A stretch of 64,000 nucleotides of DNA from Candidatus Pacearchaeota archaeon (GTDB lineage: Archaea > Nanobdellota > Nanobdellia > Pacearchaeales > UBA284). The notes beneath the pieces are model-generated. The model was not told the origin of the DNA and did no database searches. It saw nothing but the letters and a program-made list of their open reading frames with translations. The stretch covers positions 3,587-67,586 of the forward strand of contig JAWANM010000001.1 in NCBI GenBank assembly GCA_038895375.1, written 5' to 3'. A program made the position numbers and the translations under genes. Below are positions 54,207 through 63,643 of the stretch, piece after piece; positions within the stretch are counted from its first letter, which is position 1; every line of letters begins with the position of its first letter.

Positions 54207-54573
54207 AATGAAAGAATTTTCACCGAAATGGATTGCGAGCAAAAACAGAAAAAAACAAAGAAAGTATAGAGCCAAAGCGCATAAAAAATTAAGGCATAAG
54301 ATGATGAGTATAAATTTGAGTAAGGAATTAAGAGCGCGTTTCAAAAGAAGAAGCATTCCGCCTAGAAAAGGAGACTTGGTTAAAGTACTACGTGGAGAAT
54401 TCAAGAATAAAGAAGGCAAAATTGTCAAGGTGGATATGAAAAAATACAGGGTTTATATAGAAGGAATTCAAAAAACAAAAAAAGATGGAACAAAAATCAA
54501 TGTTCCTTTTAGACCGTCAGCATTACAGATAAAAGAACTAAATCTTGAAGATAAAAGGAGAATAAAACAATAA
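54199..54573 (+). CDS. rpl24: Ribosomal protein L24 (uL24)
   Basis: KOW: KGDLVKVLRGEFKNKEGKIVKVD. Confidence 0.85.
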   Translation: MFKMKEFSPKWIASKNRKKQRKYRAKAHKKLRHKMMSINLSKELRARFKRRSIPPRKGDLVKVLRGEFKNKEGKIVKVDMKKYRVYIEGIQKTKKDGTKINVPFRPSALQIKELNLEDKRRIKQ

Positions 54574-54574
54574 A

Positions 54575-55243
54575 ATGCATCTAAAAAGACTTGCAATCCC
54601 AAAATCATGGCCTCTGCCAAAGAAAGTCGCAAAGTTTGCAGTAGTTCCAAAAGGAAAAGCGCTCAGCACGAGCATAGCTTTGGCTGTATTTTTAAGAGAC
54701 CTTTTGAAAGAAGTCAAAACTTTCAAAGAAGCAAAGAAAGTAATTAAAGAAGGCAATATAGAAGTTAATGGAAAAGTTGTAAAAGACGAAAAGTTTGCTT
54801 TAACGATTTTCGATAGAATTTTTATAAAGAAATTGGATAAGTATTTTACAATTCATTTGAACAAAAAAGGTAAAATTGAAGTAAAGGAAATCGATAAAGA
54901 AAAGTATCAATATAAGCCATGCAAAATAATAGGAAAAACTATTTTGAATAAAGGAAAAACTCAACTGAATCTCTACGATGGCTGGAATCTTATAGTTGAA
55001 AAAAACGATTTCAAGGTTGGTGATACTATAATTGTAAGAGTAAAAGACAAAAAAATAGAAAAAGTCTTACCGCTAACAAAGAATGCAAAAGTTTTCATAA
55101 TAAAAGGAAAAAACGTTGGAAAAATCGGAAGAGTTTTAGAAATAGGGGAAAAAGTAAAAATTAAATTTGAAAATGAAATAAAAGAAATTCCAAAAGAAAA
55201 TTTGTTTGTTATAGACGAAAATGAACCCGATGAGAGAAATTGA
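54575..55243 (+). CDS. rps4e: Ribosomal protein S4e
   Basis: MHLKRLAIPKSWPLPKK. Confidence 0.85.
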   Translation: MHLKRLAIPKSWPLPKKVAKFAVVPKGKALSTSIALAVFLRDLLKEVKTFKEAKKVIKEGNIEVNGKVVKDEKFALTIFDRIFIKKLDKYFTIHLNKKGKIEVKEIDKEKYQYKPCKIIGKTILNKGKTQLNLYDGWNLIVEKNDFKVGDTIIVRVKDKKIEKVLPLTKNAKVFIIKGKNVGKIGRVLEIGEKVKIKFENEIKEIPKENLFVIDENEPDERN

Positions 55244-55715
55244 ATTGGAAAAAGTTGTACTGCATTGTAGTACTGCTGATCAGCAGAAGCTAGAAAGATA
55301 TATGAAACTTTTAAAATTGATTTCAGGAAAAAAGCCTGTAAAGACTTTGGCAAAAAAAAGAATTCCTTCTTTCAAAATTAGACCTGGTTTGCCTATAGGA
55401 TGTAAAGTTACATTAAGAAAAGAAGAAGCAAAAAAAATCTTGAAACTAGTGCTTACTGGTGTAAAAGAAATAAAAGAAGAACAATTCGGTCCTGGTTATT
55501 TAAATTTTGGAATTAAGGAATATATTGATATTCCGTCTCTACAATTTCAAAGAGATATAGGGATTTTGGGTTTTGATGTAAGCGCTGTTTTGAGAAGAAA
55601 AGGTTTCAAAAAAGAAGGCAGAAAAAAATGTAAAATAGGAAAAAAGCATAAAATAACCAAAGCCGAAACAATAGAATTTTTCAAAAAAAATTTCAATATA
55701 AATTTGAAAACTTGA
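55221..55715 (+). CDS. rpl5: Ribosomal protein L5 (uL5)
   Basis: Position in operon. L5-like sequence. Confidence 0.85.
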   Translation: MNPMREIELEKVVLHCSTADQQKLERYMKLLKLISGKKPVKTLAKKRIPSFKIRPGLPIGCKVTLRKEEAKKILKLVLTGVKEIKEEQFGPGYLNFGIKEYIDIPSLQFQRDIGILGFDVSAVLRRKGFKKEGRKKCKIGKKHKITKAETIEFFKKNFNINLKT

Positions 55716-55719
55716 AAAA

Positions 55720-55950
55720 ATGACGGCAAGCGATTGGAATAAAATTTTGAAGCAGCTTGAAGCAAAACCTGCTATAAAAGCAAGATTTTTAAAATTCTGC
55801 AAGCCAAAAGAAAGAAAATTCGGAATAGCTGCCAAAAGATGTGTAAGATGCGGTCGATTTGGTGCACACTTAAGCCAATACAACTTGCATTTATGCAGAC
55901 AATGTTTTAGAGAAATAGCCGAAGAACTCGGATTTAAAAAATATAATTAA
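55720..55950 (+). CDS. rps14: Ribosomal protein S14 (uS14, zinc type)
   Basis: [25 protein letters not shown]. Confidence 0.85.
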   Translation: MTASDWNKILKQLEAKPAIKARFLKFCKPKERKFGIAAKRCVRCGRFGAHLSQYNLHLCRQCFREIAEELGFKKYN

Positions 55951-55951
55951 A

Positions 55952-56335
55952 ATGATACGCGACTGGTTGTCCGCTTTGTTGAACGATATAACGAATTGCA
56001 AAAAGGCTGGAAAAAAAGAAACGGCGATTGTTTGCGATTCTAAACTATTGTTAGAAGTGTTAAAAATAATGAAAGAAAACGGCTACATTGAAGACATACA
56101 AATAGAAGATGAAAAATTCAAAAAAATAAAAATCAAAATAGGAAAATTAAACGAATGCAGAGCAATAAAACCAAGATTTTCTGTTAGAAAAGACGAATTT
56201 GAAAAATACATTAAAAGATTTTTGCCTGCTCGTGATGTAGGTATTTTAATTGTTTCAACGAGTAAAGGCGTAATGACGCATAAAGAAGCAATAGAAAAAG
56301 GTTTGGGCGGCTGCTTGCTTGCCTATTGTTTTTAA
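55952..56335 (+). CDS. rps8: Ribosomal protein S8 (uS8)
   Basis: Position in operon. S8-like sequence. Confidence 0.85.
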   Translation: MIRDWLSALLNDITNCKKAGKKETAIVCDSKLLLEVLKIMKENGYIEDIQIEDEKFKKIKIKIGKLNECRAIKPRFSVRKDEFEKYIKRFLPARDVGILIVSTSKGVMTHKEAIEKGLGGCLLAYCF

Positions 56336-56888
56336 AATGAAAAAGTGCATAGAAAAAGTTCTTGAAATACCGGAAGACGTGATTGTTAAAATTGAAAACA
56401 ACACAGTCATAGTAAAAGGACCTCTTGGAGAGTGCAAACGCGATTTTCAGTTTAGAGACATTGAAAAAAAAATAGAAGATAGAAGATTGATTTTGAAAAA
56501 AGAAAAAGCAACAAAAAAAGAAAAAAGAATAATGCATGCAATCGCTTCACATATAGACAATATGATTAAAGGTGTAAAGAAAAAATACGAGTATGTGTTA
56601 GAGATATGCTCTATACATTTCCCGATGAACGTAAAAGTAGAAGAAAATAAAATAATAGTCAAAAATTTTCTCGGAGAAAGAAAAGAAAGGATAATCGAAT
56701 TGCTTCCAGAGGTAGAAATAGAAATAAAAGGTAATAAAATATTTGTAAGATCTGTAGATAAAGAAAAAGCCGGAAGACAAGCTGCTTTAATTGAAAGTAT
56801 TTCAAGAAAAGTTCCACGAGACAAAAGAGTTTTCCAGGACGGAATCTGGATAATAAAAAAAGAAAAAGGTAAAAGGGAAGAAAAATGA
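56319..56888 (+). CDS. rpl6: Ribosomal protein L6 (uL6)
   Basis: Position in operon. L6-like sequence. Confidence 0.85.
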   Translation: MPIVFKMKKCIEKVLEIPEDVIVKIENNTVIVKGPLGECKRDFQFRDIEKKIEDRRLILKKEKATKKEKRIMHAIASHIDNMIKGVKKKYEYVLEICSIHFPMNVKVEENKIIVKNFLGERKERIIELLPEVEIEIKGNKIFVRSVDKEKAGRQAALIESISRKVPRDKRVFQDGIWIIKKEKGKREEK

Positions 56889-57223
56889 AGAAAAGAAAAC
56901 CAAAGTTTGTGAGAAAAGATAGCTACAGAATTTCAAGACTTGGGAAAAGAAGAAAAAAGAAATTGAAGTGGAGAAGACCTAAAGGAAGACATAGTAAAAT
57001 AAGAGAAAAAAGAAAAGGATACTTAAAACAACCTTCAATAGGTTATGGCTCGCCAAAACGTTCGCATGCCAAGCTCATACATAACTTGAGCGAGCTTGAA
57101 AGCTGCAAAGAAAATGAAGAAATAATCATAGCGCACGTAGGAAAGAAAAAAAGGAGAGAGATTATAAAAAAAGCTTTAGAAAAAAAAATCAAAATTCTAA
57201 ATTTAAAGCCAGAGGAAAAATGA
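56885..57223 (+). CDS. rpl32e: Ribosomal protein L32e
   Basis: Position in operon. K/R-rich. Confidence 0.8.
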   Translation: MKKRKPKFVRKDSYRISRLGKRRKKKLKWRRPKGRHSKIREKRKGYLKQPSIGYGSPKRSHAKLIHNLSELESCKENEEIIIAHVGKKKRREIIKKALEKKIKILNLKPEEK

Positions 57224-57648
57224 AAACCCTAAGAAGCCAAAGAAGGATGGCGGCACAAATACTTAAAGTAGGCATTAATAGAGTATGGTTCGATCCAGAA
57301 AGACTGCAAGAAATAAAAGAAGCTGTAACAAAACAAGACATTATAGATTTGATAAAAGACAAGGCTATTAAAAAAAAGCCTGCAAAAGGAAGAAAAAAAA
57401 GAGCCCATAAGAGAAGAGTTGAAAGAAAAAGAAAAGGAAGAAGAAGAGGTAAAGGTAAAAGAAAGAAAACTGTAAAAAAAAGAAAGCAAAATTATGTAAA
57501 AAAAATAAGAAAATTAAGAAGATATTTGAAAGAACTAAAAAAAGTGTTGCCGAAAGAGGAATATAGAAAACTTAAAAGATGGGTAAAAGGCGGTAAAATT
57601 CGTGAAGTTAAAGAATTGATGGCGTTTAAAAATGAGAATAAAATATAG
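57220..57648 (+). CDS. rpl19e: Ribosomal protein L19e
   Basis: MKTLRSQRRMAAQILKVGINRVWFDPERLQEI. Confidence 0.85.
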   Translation: MKTLRSQRRMAAQILKVGINRVWFDPERLQEIKEAVTKQDIIDLIKDKAIKKKPAKGRKKRAHKRRVERKRKGRRRGKGKRKKTVKKRKQNYVKKIRKLRRYLKELKKVLPKEEYRKLKRWVKGGKIREVKELMAFKNENKI

Positions 57649-58126
57649 AAGAAGAAGGGAGGGAAAAACAGATTATAAGGCAAGATTGGCCATGCTCAAG
57701 TCTGGCTTATTGAGACTTGTCGTAAGAAAAAGCAATCGCTATATAATTGCTCACATAGTTAAAAGTATAGAAGCCCAAGACTACACTCTTGCTTATGCTA
57801 ATTCGAAAGAACTTAAAAAGTACGGATGGCCGCTCGGTTTTAAAAATCTTGCAGCTTCCTATTTAACCGGTTTTTTACTAGGTAAAAAATTTATAAAGAT
57901 ATATCCTGAAGCCAAAAATCAAAAAATGATATTGGACATAGGTCTACAAAGATCGACGAAAGGCTCGAGAATATATGCTTGCGTTCAAGGCATGCTCGAT
58001 AGCGGTATAGAAGTTTTATGCAAAAAAGAAATGCTGCCCGGCGCTAGAGTGATGATGGAATATAAAAATAAAAAAATTAAAGAGATTTTAGAAGAAGTAA
58101 AAAAAGAAATAGAAAAAAATGAATGA
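57632..58126 (+). CDS. rpl18: Ribosomal protein L18 (uL18)
   Basis: Position in operon. L18-like sequence. Confidence 0.85.
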   Translation: MRIKYRRRREGKTDYKARLAMLKSGLLRLVVRKSNRYIIAHIVKSIEAQDYTLAYANSKELKKYGWPLGFKNLAASYLTGFLLGKKFIKIYPEAKNQKMILDIGLQRSTKGSRIYACVQGMLDSGIEVLCKKEMLPGARVMMEYKNKKIKEILEEVKKEIEKNE

Positions 58127-58874
58127 AAAGCAAGAAAACGAGGAGATGGAAATAGAAAAAATTGAAGAAACAGGAACAGAGGAAAAAGCCGAAGAAAAAA
58201 AAGCAACCGAAGAAGAAAGAGAAAGAGAAGAAAAACTAAAAGAATGGAAACCAAAAACAGAGCTAGGAAAAGAAGTTCTTGCAGGAAAAATTAAAAGTAT
58301 AGACGAAATTTTGGATAAAAATTTAAAAATCTTTGAACCAGAAATAGTGGATTTTCTAATGCCGCAATTGGAAATTGAAATAATAAACATAGGACAAGCA
58401 AAAGGAAAGTTTGGCGGTGGTAAAAGAAGGCCTTGGAGACAAACACAGAAAAAAACTGCCGAAGGCAATGTTCCGACCTTTTCTTGCATGTGCGTTGTTG
58501 GCGATAAGAATGGACATATAGGCCTTGGCTACGGAAAAGCAAAAGAAACGGTTCCTGCCAAACAAAAAGCAATACGAGAAGCCAAACTCAATATGTTTAG
58601 AGTAAAAAGAGGTTGCGGAAGTTTTGATTGTACTTGTAAAGAGCAGCACAGCATTCCCATGAAGGTCGAAGGAAAAGAAGGCAGTGTAAGAATTGTTTTG
58701 ATGCCGGCTCCTCGTGGTACAGGCCTGGTTGCGGACGATGAATGCAAGAAAGTTTTTAGGCTTGCTGGAATAAAAGATATCTATACTAAAAGTTATGGAC
58801 AAACAAGAACTAAAATAAACATGATAAAAGCTTGTATTGCTGCTTTAAAAAAACTTACGAAAATAGCAGAATAA
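58119..58874 (+). CDS. rps5: Ribosomal protein S5 (uS5) with acidic N-terminal extension
   Basis: ..VVGDKNGHIGLGYGKAKE.. Confidence 0.85.
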   Translation: MNEKQENEEMEIEKIEETGTEEKAEEKKATEEEREREEKLKEWKPKTELGKEVLAGKIKSIDEILDKNLKIFEPEIVDFLMPQLEIEIINIGQAKGKFGGGKRRPWRQTQKKTAEGNVPTFSCMCVVGDKNGHIGLGYGKAKETVPAKQKAIREAKLNMFRVKRGCGSFDCTCKEQHSIPMKVEGKEGSVRIVLMPAPRGTGLVADDECKKVFRLAGIKDIYTKSYGQTRTKINMIKACIAALKKLTKIAE

Positions 58875-58875
58875 A

Positions 58876-59313
58876 ATGAAAATAGCTGTAATAAGAATTA
58901 GAGGCCTGGTTGGTGTAAGAAGAGAAATAAGAGAAACTCTCGACAAGTTGAGACTGAGGAAAAAATTTGTATGCGTTATTGTTGACGATACAAAAGAAAT
59001 TATGGGAATGCTAAAAAAAGCACAAAATTATATAGCTTACGGCGAGATAGACGAAGAAACACTTAAAGAGCTCATAATGAAACGTGGTAGAAAGCCTGGC
59101 AATAAGCCTATAGAAATAGGAGGAAAAAAGCTTGAAGAGTTTATTAAAGAATTTTTACAAGGCAAGAAAAAATTAAAAGATCTTGGAATTAAACCTTTTT
59201 TTAGATTGCATCCTCCAAGACAGGGGTTCAAGAAAAGCATTAAATTGCTTTACCCAAAAGGCGTTCTAGGCTATAATCCTAAAATAAAAGAATTGATACG
59301 AAGAATGTTGTAA
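58876..59313 (+). CDS. rpl30: Ribosomal protein L30 (uL30)
   Basis: MKIAVIRIRGLVGVRREIRETLDKLRL. Confidence 0.85.
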   Translation: MKIAVIRIRGLVGVRREIRETLDKLRLRKKFVCVIVDDTKEIMGMLKKAQNYIAYGEIDEETLKELIMKRGRKPGNKPIEIGGKKLEEFIKEFLQGKKKLKDLGIKPFFRLHPPRQGFKKSIKLLYPKGVLGYNPKIKELIRRML

Positions 59314-59314
59314 A

Positions 59315-59749
59315 ATGAAAAGGAAAAGAAGCAAACGTTCTAGACTTCGAGGAAGACGAACTTGTGGTTATGGTCATAAGTTTAAGCATAGAGGTAAAGG
59401 CTCAAAAGGCGGTAAAGGTATGGCCGGCACTGGAAAAATGGCCGGTCATAAAAAAACTTTTATCTTGAAGTATATGCCAGATTATTTCGGTAAGAAAGGT
59501 TTTAAAACAAAAAAAGAAAAACTAGAAGCAATAAATCTTGAAGAAATAAAAGAAAAACTTCAAGATTTTCTTGAAAAAGGAATTGCAAAAAAAACTCCAG
59601 AGGGGATAGAAATTAATTTACCAAACTACAAAGTACTTGCTTCTGGAAAAATAGATTCTGGTTTGATTATCAAAGCTTCGGGCTTTTCCGAAAAAGCCAA
59701 GGCTAAAATTATCGAAGCCGGAAGTAAAGCTGAAATTATAAAAAAATGA
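59315..59749 (+). CDS. rpl15: Ribosomal protein L15 (uL15)
   Basis: Position in operon. L15-like sequence. Confidence 0.85.
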   Translation: MKRKRSKRSRLRGRRTCGYGHKFKHRGKGSKGGKGMAGTGKMAGHKKTFILKYMPDYFGKKGFKTKKEKLEAINLEEIKEKLQDFLEKGIAKKTPEGIEINLPNYKVLASGKIDSGLIIKASGFSEKAKAKIIEAGSKAEIIKK

Positions 59750-61158
59750 GTTTTTTTAAAAAGCTCTTGACTGTTCTGCCTGAAGTAAAAGTACCTGTTG
59801 AAAAAAGACTTGGTTTTGCAACAAGACTGAAATGGACTTTACTCATGCTTGTTGCTTTTTTTGTTCTTTCTGCAATTCCTTTGTATGGATTGACAGCAAA
59901 TGCTCTTGCAGAATTTGAATATCTTTCAATTATATTGGGCGCAAGTTTTGGTTCGTTAATGTCTTTAGGTATAGGTCCGATAGTTACTGCTTCAATAATC
60001 TTACAATTACTTGTCGGTTCAAAATTACTTACTATAGATATGACAACAAAAGAAGGTAAACAGTACTACAATGGATTGCAAAAACTTCTTGCAATTTTTT
60101 TTACGATTTTTGAGGCTTTTATCTATATATCGATGGGCGGCTTGACTGGTCGTAGCGGCTTGCTTTTTATACAGCTTTTCATCGGCGGCTTACTGGTTAT
60201 TTTTATGGACGAAGTTGTTAGCAAGTATGGTTTCGGTTCTGGAGTTGGATTGTTTATCGTTGGCGGAGTTGCTTCTCAACTCGTAATTCGCGCATTCGGC
60301 TTCTTGAGCAAAGTTAGATTTCCATGTCCTCCAGATGCTATTAATTGTGTACCTAAAACTGTAGTCACAGTCAAAGCAGTTGGTAAAGTTCTTGTTTTCT
60401 TTGCTTCTCTTATTAGTGCTAACACAACAGGAGCCTTGGCTGCTCTCGTTGCAATTCTTGCTACAATCTTGATTTTCGTAATAGTTGTTTATACACAAAG
60501 CATAAAAGTAGAAGTCCCTTTATCTTTCGGAAGAATTAGAGGTTTAAGCATAAGATGGCCTCTTCCTTTTTTCTATACAAGCAACATTCCTGTAATTTTA
60601 ACAGCTGCTTTGCATGCTAACATAACTCTATTTGCAACTCTTGCTCAAAAATGGACGGGTCACGCAACATGGCTGGGAAGTTTTATGAATGGCATTCCTG
60701 TTTCTGGATTGGCTTTTTGGATATCTGCTCCGCCTGGAGGCTTGATAGAACATATTATTAAAGGATCTTTTACACCGATAATGCTAGCACAATCTTTGGT
60801 TTATATTTTGTTTATGGTTGCTGGCTCTGTAGTGTTTGCAATATTTTGGGTTAAAACCTCTGGAATGGATGCAAGAAGTCAGGCTGAAACTCTTGTTAAA
60901 AGCGGCTTGCAAGTGCCAGGCTTTAGAAGAGATCCAAGAGTTATAGAAGCATTGCTTTCAAGGTATATAATGCCGCTAACAATAATGGGAGGAGCTGCTG
61001 TAGGGTTGCTAGCTGCTGGAGCCGATATCTTGGGCGCGTTAGTTAGAGGCACCGGTATTTTGCTTGCAGTTATGATACTTTACAGGATGTATGAAGACAT
61101 CGCACAACAGCATGCTTTAGACATGAGCCCGGCTGCGAGAAAATTTATTAAAATCTGA
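59746..61158 (+). CDS. secY: Preprotein translocase subunit SecY
   Basis: 470 aa, 10 TM. Canonical position after L15. Confidence 0.9.
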   Translation: MSFFKKLLTVLPEVKVPVEKRLGFATRLKWTLLMLVAFFVLSAIPLYGLTANALAEFEYLSIILGASFGSLMSLGIGPIVTASIILQLLVGSKLLTIDMTTKEGKQYYNGLQKLLAIFFTIFEAFIYISMGGLTGRSGLLFIQLFIGGLLVIFMDEVVSKYGFGSGVGLFIVGGVASQLVIRAFGFLSKVRFPCPPDAINCVPKTVVTVKAVGKVLVFFASLISANTTGALAALVAILATILIFVIVVYTQSIKVEVPLSFGRIRGLSIRWPLPFFYTSNIPVILTAALHANITLFATLAQKWTGHATWLGSFMNGIPVSGLAFWISAPPGGLIEHIIKGSFTPIMLAQSLVYILFMVAGSVVFAIFWVKTSGMDARSQAETLVKSGLQVPGFRRDPRVIEALLSRYIMPLTIMGGAAVGLLAAGADILGALVRGTGILLAVMILYRMYEDIAQQHALDMSPAARKFIKI

Positions 61159-61173
61159 ATCCTTTGAAGTAAA

Positions 61174-61653
61174 ATGAGTTTCATAACTGTTTTCGTGCAA
61201 AAGAATCCTTTGATAAGCGTCATTGTTTTTTCATTCATCATTACCTTTTTCCTAACTCTTCTGTACAAAAAGCTTGTGGATCAAAATAGACTTCAAGAAA
61301 TTAATGAAAAACAGAAACAATTGCGTGAGCAATTGAAACAATGCAATGATCAACAAAAAGCGATGGAAATTCAAAAAGAAATGATTCAATACAGTGTTGA
61401 AAGCCTTAAAATGTCTTTCAAACCGATGATAATTAGCTTTATCCCTATGATAATAGTTCTAGGACTCTTGAACAAACTTTATAAAAGCTTAAATATAAAA
61501 ACAATTCTTACTTTGTTTAATAAGTTAGAATTGAATTGGTTTTGGATTTATATCATTTTTAGCTTTATTTTTAGCCTCATCCTGCAGAGAGTAATGAAAA
61601 GTAAGCCTAAAAAACAAACAGAAAGTAAAACAAAAGATTTAAAAACAATCTAA
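61174..61653 (+). CDS. DUF106-family membrane protein (archaeal YidC/Oxa1/EMC3-like insertase candidate)
   Basis: TM, K/Q-rich coiled coil, TM-TM topology. Located directly downstream of secY, where DUF106 proteins sit in the conserved archaeal secY-(adk)-DUF106 arrangement. Confidence 0.5.
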   Translation: MSFITVFVQKNPLISVIVFSFIITFFLTLLYKKLVDQNRLQEINEKQKQLREQLKQCNDQQKAMEIQKEMIQYSVESLKMSFKPMIISFIPMIIVLGLLNKLYKSLNIKTILTLFNKLELNWFWIYIIFSFIFSLILQRVMKSKPKKQTESKTKDLKTI

Positions 61654-61656
61654 AAA

Positions 61657-62058
61657 ATGAAAGAACAGAAAAAATTGGAGCAAAAAATTTTAGAATTCAA
61701 TGCCCTAGAGCTTCAATTCAATGAGCTCGAACAATATCAGGCTTTTGTAGAAAAGCAAATTGCAGAGCTTAAAATTTTAGAAAATTCTTTAGAAAAATTA
61801 AAAGAAATTAAGCAAGACACAGAAATGTTTAGTCCAATTAGTCAAGACGTTTTTTTAAGTTCAAAACTAAAAGAAAATAAAAAAGTTTTAGTGAACATTG
61901 GCGCCAAAGTTTTTGTCAAAAAAACAATCGAAGAAGCAAAAGAAAGCGTTCGTGGAAAGATAGAAAAATTGGAAAAGCTATATGAAGAATTGACAAAAAA
62001 AATAGAAGAAACAGCATCAAGGCTTCTGCAATTAGAAGAAGAAATTAAAAATGTTTAA
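61657..62058 (+). CDS. pfdA: Prefoldin subunit alpha
   Basis: Coiled coil, central VLVNIGAKVFVKKTIEEA hairpin, coiled coil. Confidence 0.7.
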   Translation: MKEQKKLEQKILEFNALELQFNELEQYQAFVEKQIAELKILENSLEKLKEIKQDTEMFSPISQDVFLSSKLKENKKVLVNIGAKVFVKKTIEEAKESVRGKIEKLEKLYEELTKKIEETASRLLQLEEEIKNV

Positions 62059-62707
62059 TTTTTGACAAGCATTTAGGCAAAAAAGATATGTCTTTAATTA
62101 TACAATCTGCTCCTTGCTTTTTTAGTTCGGCCTTTTTTGCTTTTCCTGTTAGTACTGCGATTGCTATTGCTTTTGCTCTTTTTGCTGCAATAACATCATA
62201 AACAGAATCGCCAACATGAATATCTGAACTAACGTTTGCAAGTTTTTTTGCTTTGAAAATTTCGTCTGGCCATGGCTTTGGCTTCAAGTTTTTTGACTGC
62301 TCGGCGCAAACGATAAAATCAAAAACTTTTACAGGAATCTTTGCAGCTTCCAATAAAAGCTTGGCCTGCGCTTTAGAGGAATTAGTAACCAAGGCTAGCT
62401 TGTATTTTCTTTTCAAAAATTTTAATGTTTCATAAGCTTTCTCCATAGGCTTAACAAACTCGACTGTTTTTTTCAAAAATTTGTGTTGGTCTCTCACTAT
62501 TTTTTCTACAATGCTTTTCTTAAGTTTCGGTCTTAAGGCTTTGACTATCTCGTAACTATGTCTTCCATCGATAAGCTTCTCTATATCTTGTAGTCTAATG
62601 TTAATGCCATGCTTTTGAAATGCTTGCTTAAAAGCTAGAGCGTGTGCTTTGGTTGTTTTGACTAAAGTTTGATCTAAGTCAAAAGTTATTAACTTTTGTT
62701 TTTTCAT
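62045..62707 (-). CDS. HAD-superfamily hydrolase
   Basis: MKKQKLITFDLDQTLV (motif I DxDxT). ..GDSVYDV (motif IV). Confidence 0.75.
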   Translation of the reverse strand: MKKQKLITFDLDQTLVKTTKAHALAFKQAFQKHGINIRLQDIEKLIDGRHSYEIVKALRPKLKKSIVEKIVRDQHKFLKKTVEFVKPMEKAYETLKFLKRKYKLALVTNSSKAQAKLLLEAAKIPVKVFDFIVCAEQSKNLKPKPWPDEIFKAKKLANVSSDIHVGDSVYDVIAAKRAKAIAIAVLTGKAKKAELKKQGADCIIKDISFLPKCLSKIKHF

Positions 62708-62708
62708 C

Positions 62709-63557
62709 TTACTTTGAAAACAAGAAAGGATAGTTTTTTTCTAGCTCGCTTACAAAAGTTTCCGGCTTAAGAATGCCAAGCTCTGAAATAATTCCTGTAA
62801 TAAGTTCAGAAGGAATTTCCTCGAAAATAACATTGTTGATTTTCAGTCCCTTGGGCTTGTTTTTCCAGACCTCGCTTGCTTTTCTTGTTTCAAGTTTTTC
62901 TATTTTTCCGAGAGTTGTTTTTGGATCGAACTTCCAAGAAAAAGTACAGGCATAACAAGGCACTTCATATTTGTGAGCCATTTCCGCCATCATCTTGTTT
63001 CCTATTTTATTTATAACACTTCCTGTAGAAGTTATTGCATCAACACCAAACAAAAACAAAGAAGCCTTTTTTAAAGCCAAAGTAGCTGCAGAATCGACAA
63101 ACATAGTTACAGGAATTTTCATCTTCAAAAGCTCTTTTGCTGTAATACGGCCTTGAAAATTTGGACGCGTTTCTGTATTGTAAACTTGAAAACGCTTTCC
63201 TTGCTGTTTTGCTTCTTTCAAAATCGAAATAACGGTACTGCTATGACAATGTAAAAAAATTATCATGCCATTCTCTATTCTAGAGGCTCCTATCTTTGCT
63301 ATTTTCTTTCGTGCATTGTCCATTATTCTTAAAGTTTCTTCGACGCCTTCACGAATATCTTGAAAAGAAAGAGCATATTTCAGACAATTGTTAAGACAAG
63401 GTTCTGTAGGTCTTAAACTCATCAGCTTTTTAACTGACTTTGGATCGTTTTTCAACAACAAAGCTCGAAGTGCTGCTCTTGCGATTTGTTCCGCTCCTTG
63501 AATTTTCAAAGTTTTAATGTCACGACATATTTTTTCAAACTCTTTTTCCTTTTGCAT
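62709..63557 (-). CDS. eIF-2B alpha/beta/delta family protein (aIF2B / ribose-1,5-bisphosphate isomerase-like)
   Basis: IQGAEQIARAALRALLL N-terminus typical of the e2b2 family. Confidence 0.6.
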   Translation of the reverse strand: MQKEKEFEKICRDIKTLKIQGAEQIARAALRALLLKNDPKSVKKLMSLRPTEPCLNNCLKYALSFQDIREGVEETLRIMDNARKKIAKIGASRIENGMIIFLHCHSSTVISILKEAKQQGKRFQVYNTETRPNFQGRITAKELLKMKIPVTMFVDSAATLALKKASLFLFGVDAITSTGSVINKIGNKMMAEMAHKYEVPCYACTFSWKFDPKTTLGKIEKLETRKASEVWKNKPKGLKINNVIFEEIPSELITGIISELGILKPETFVSELEKNYPFLFSK

Positions 63558-63643
63558 GCAAATAAAAAGAAAGAATGTTTTTTAAATTTGTTGTTACTGA
63601 ACCAAAAATAAAACTTATAAACTACCTTTTCGTTGAAAAAGAT

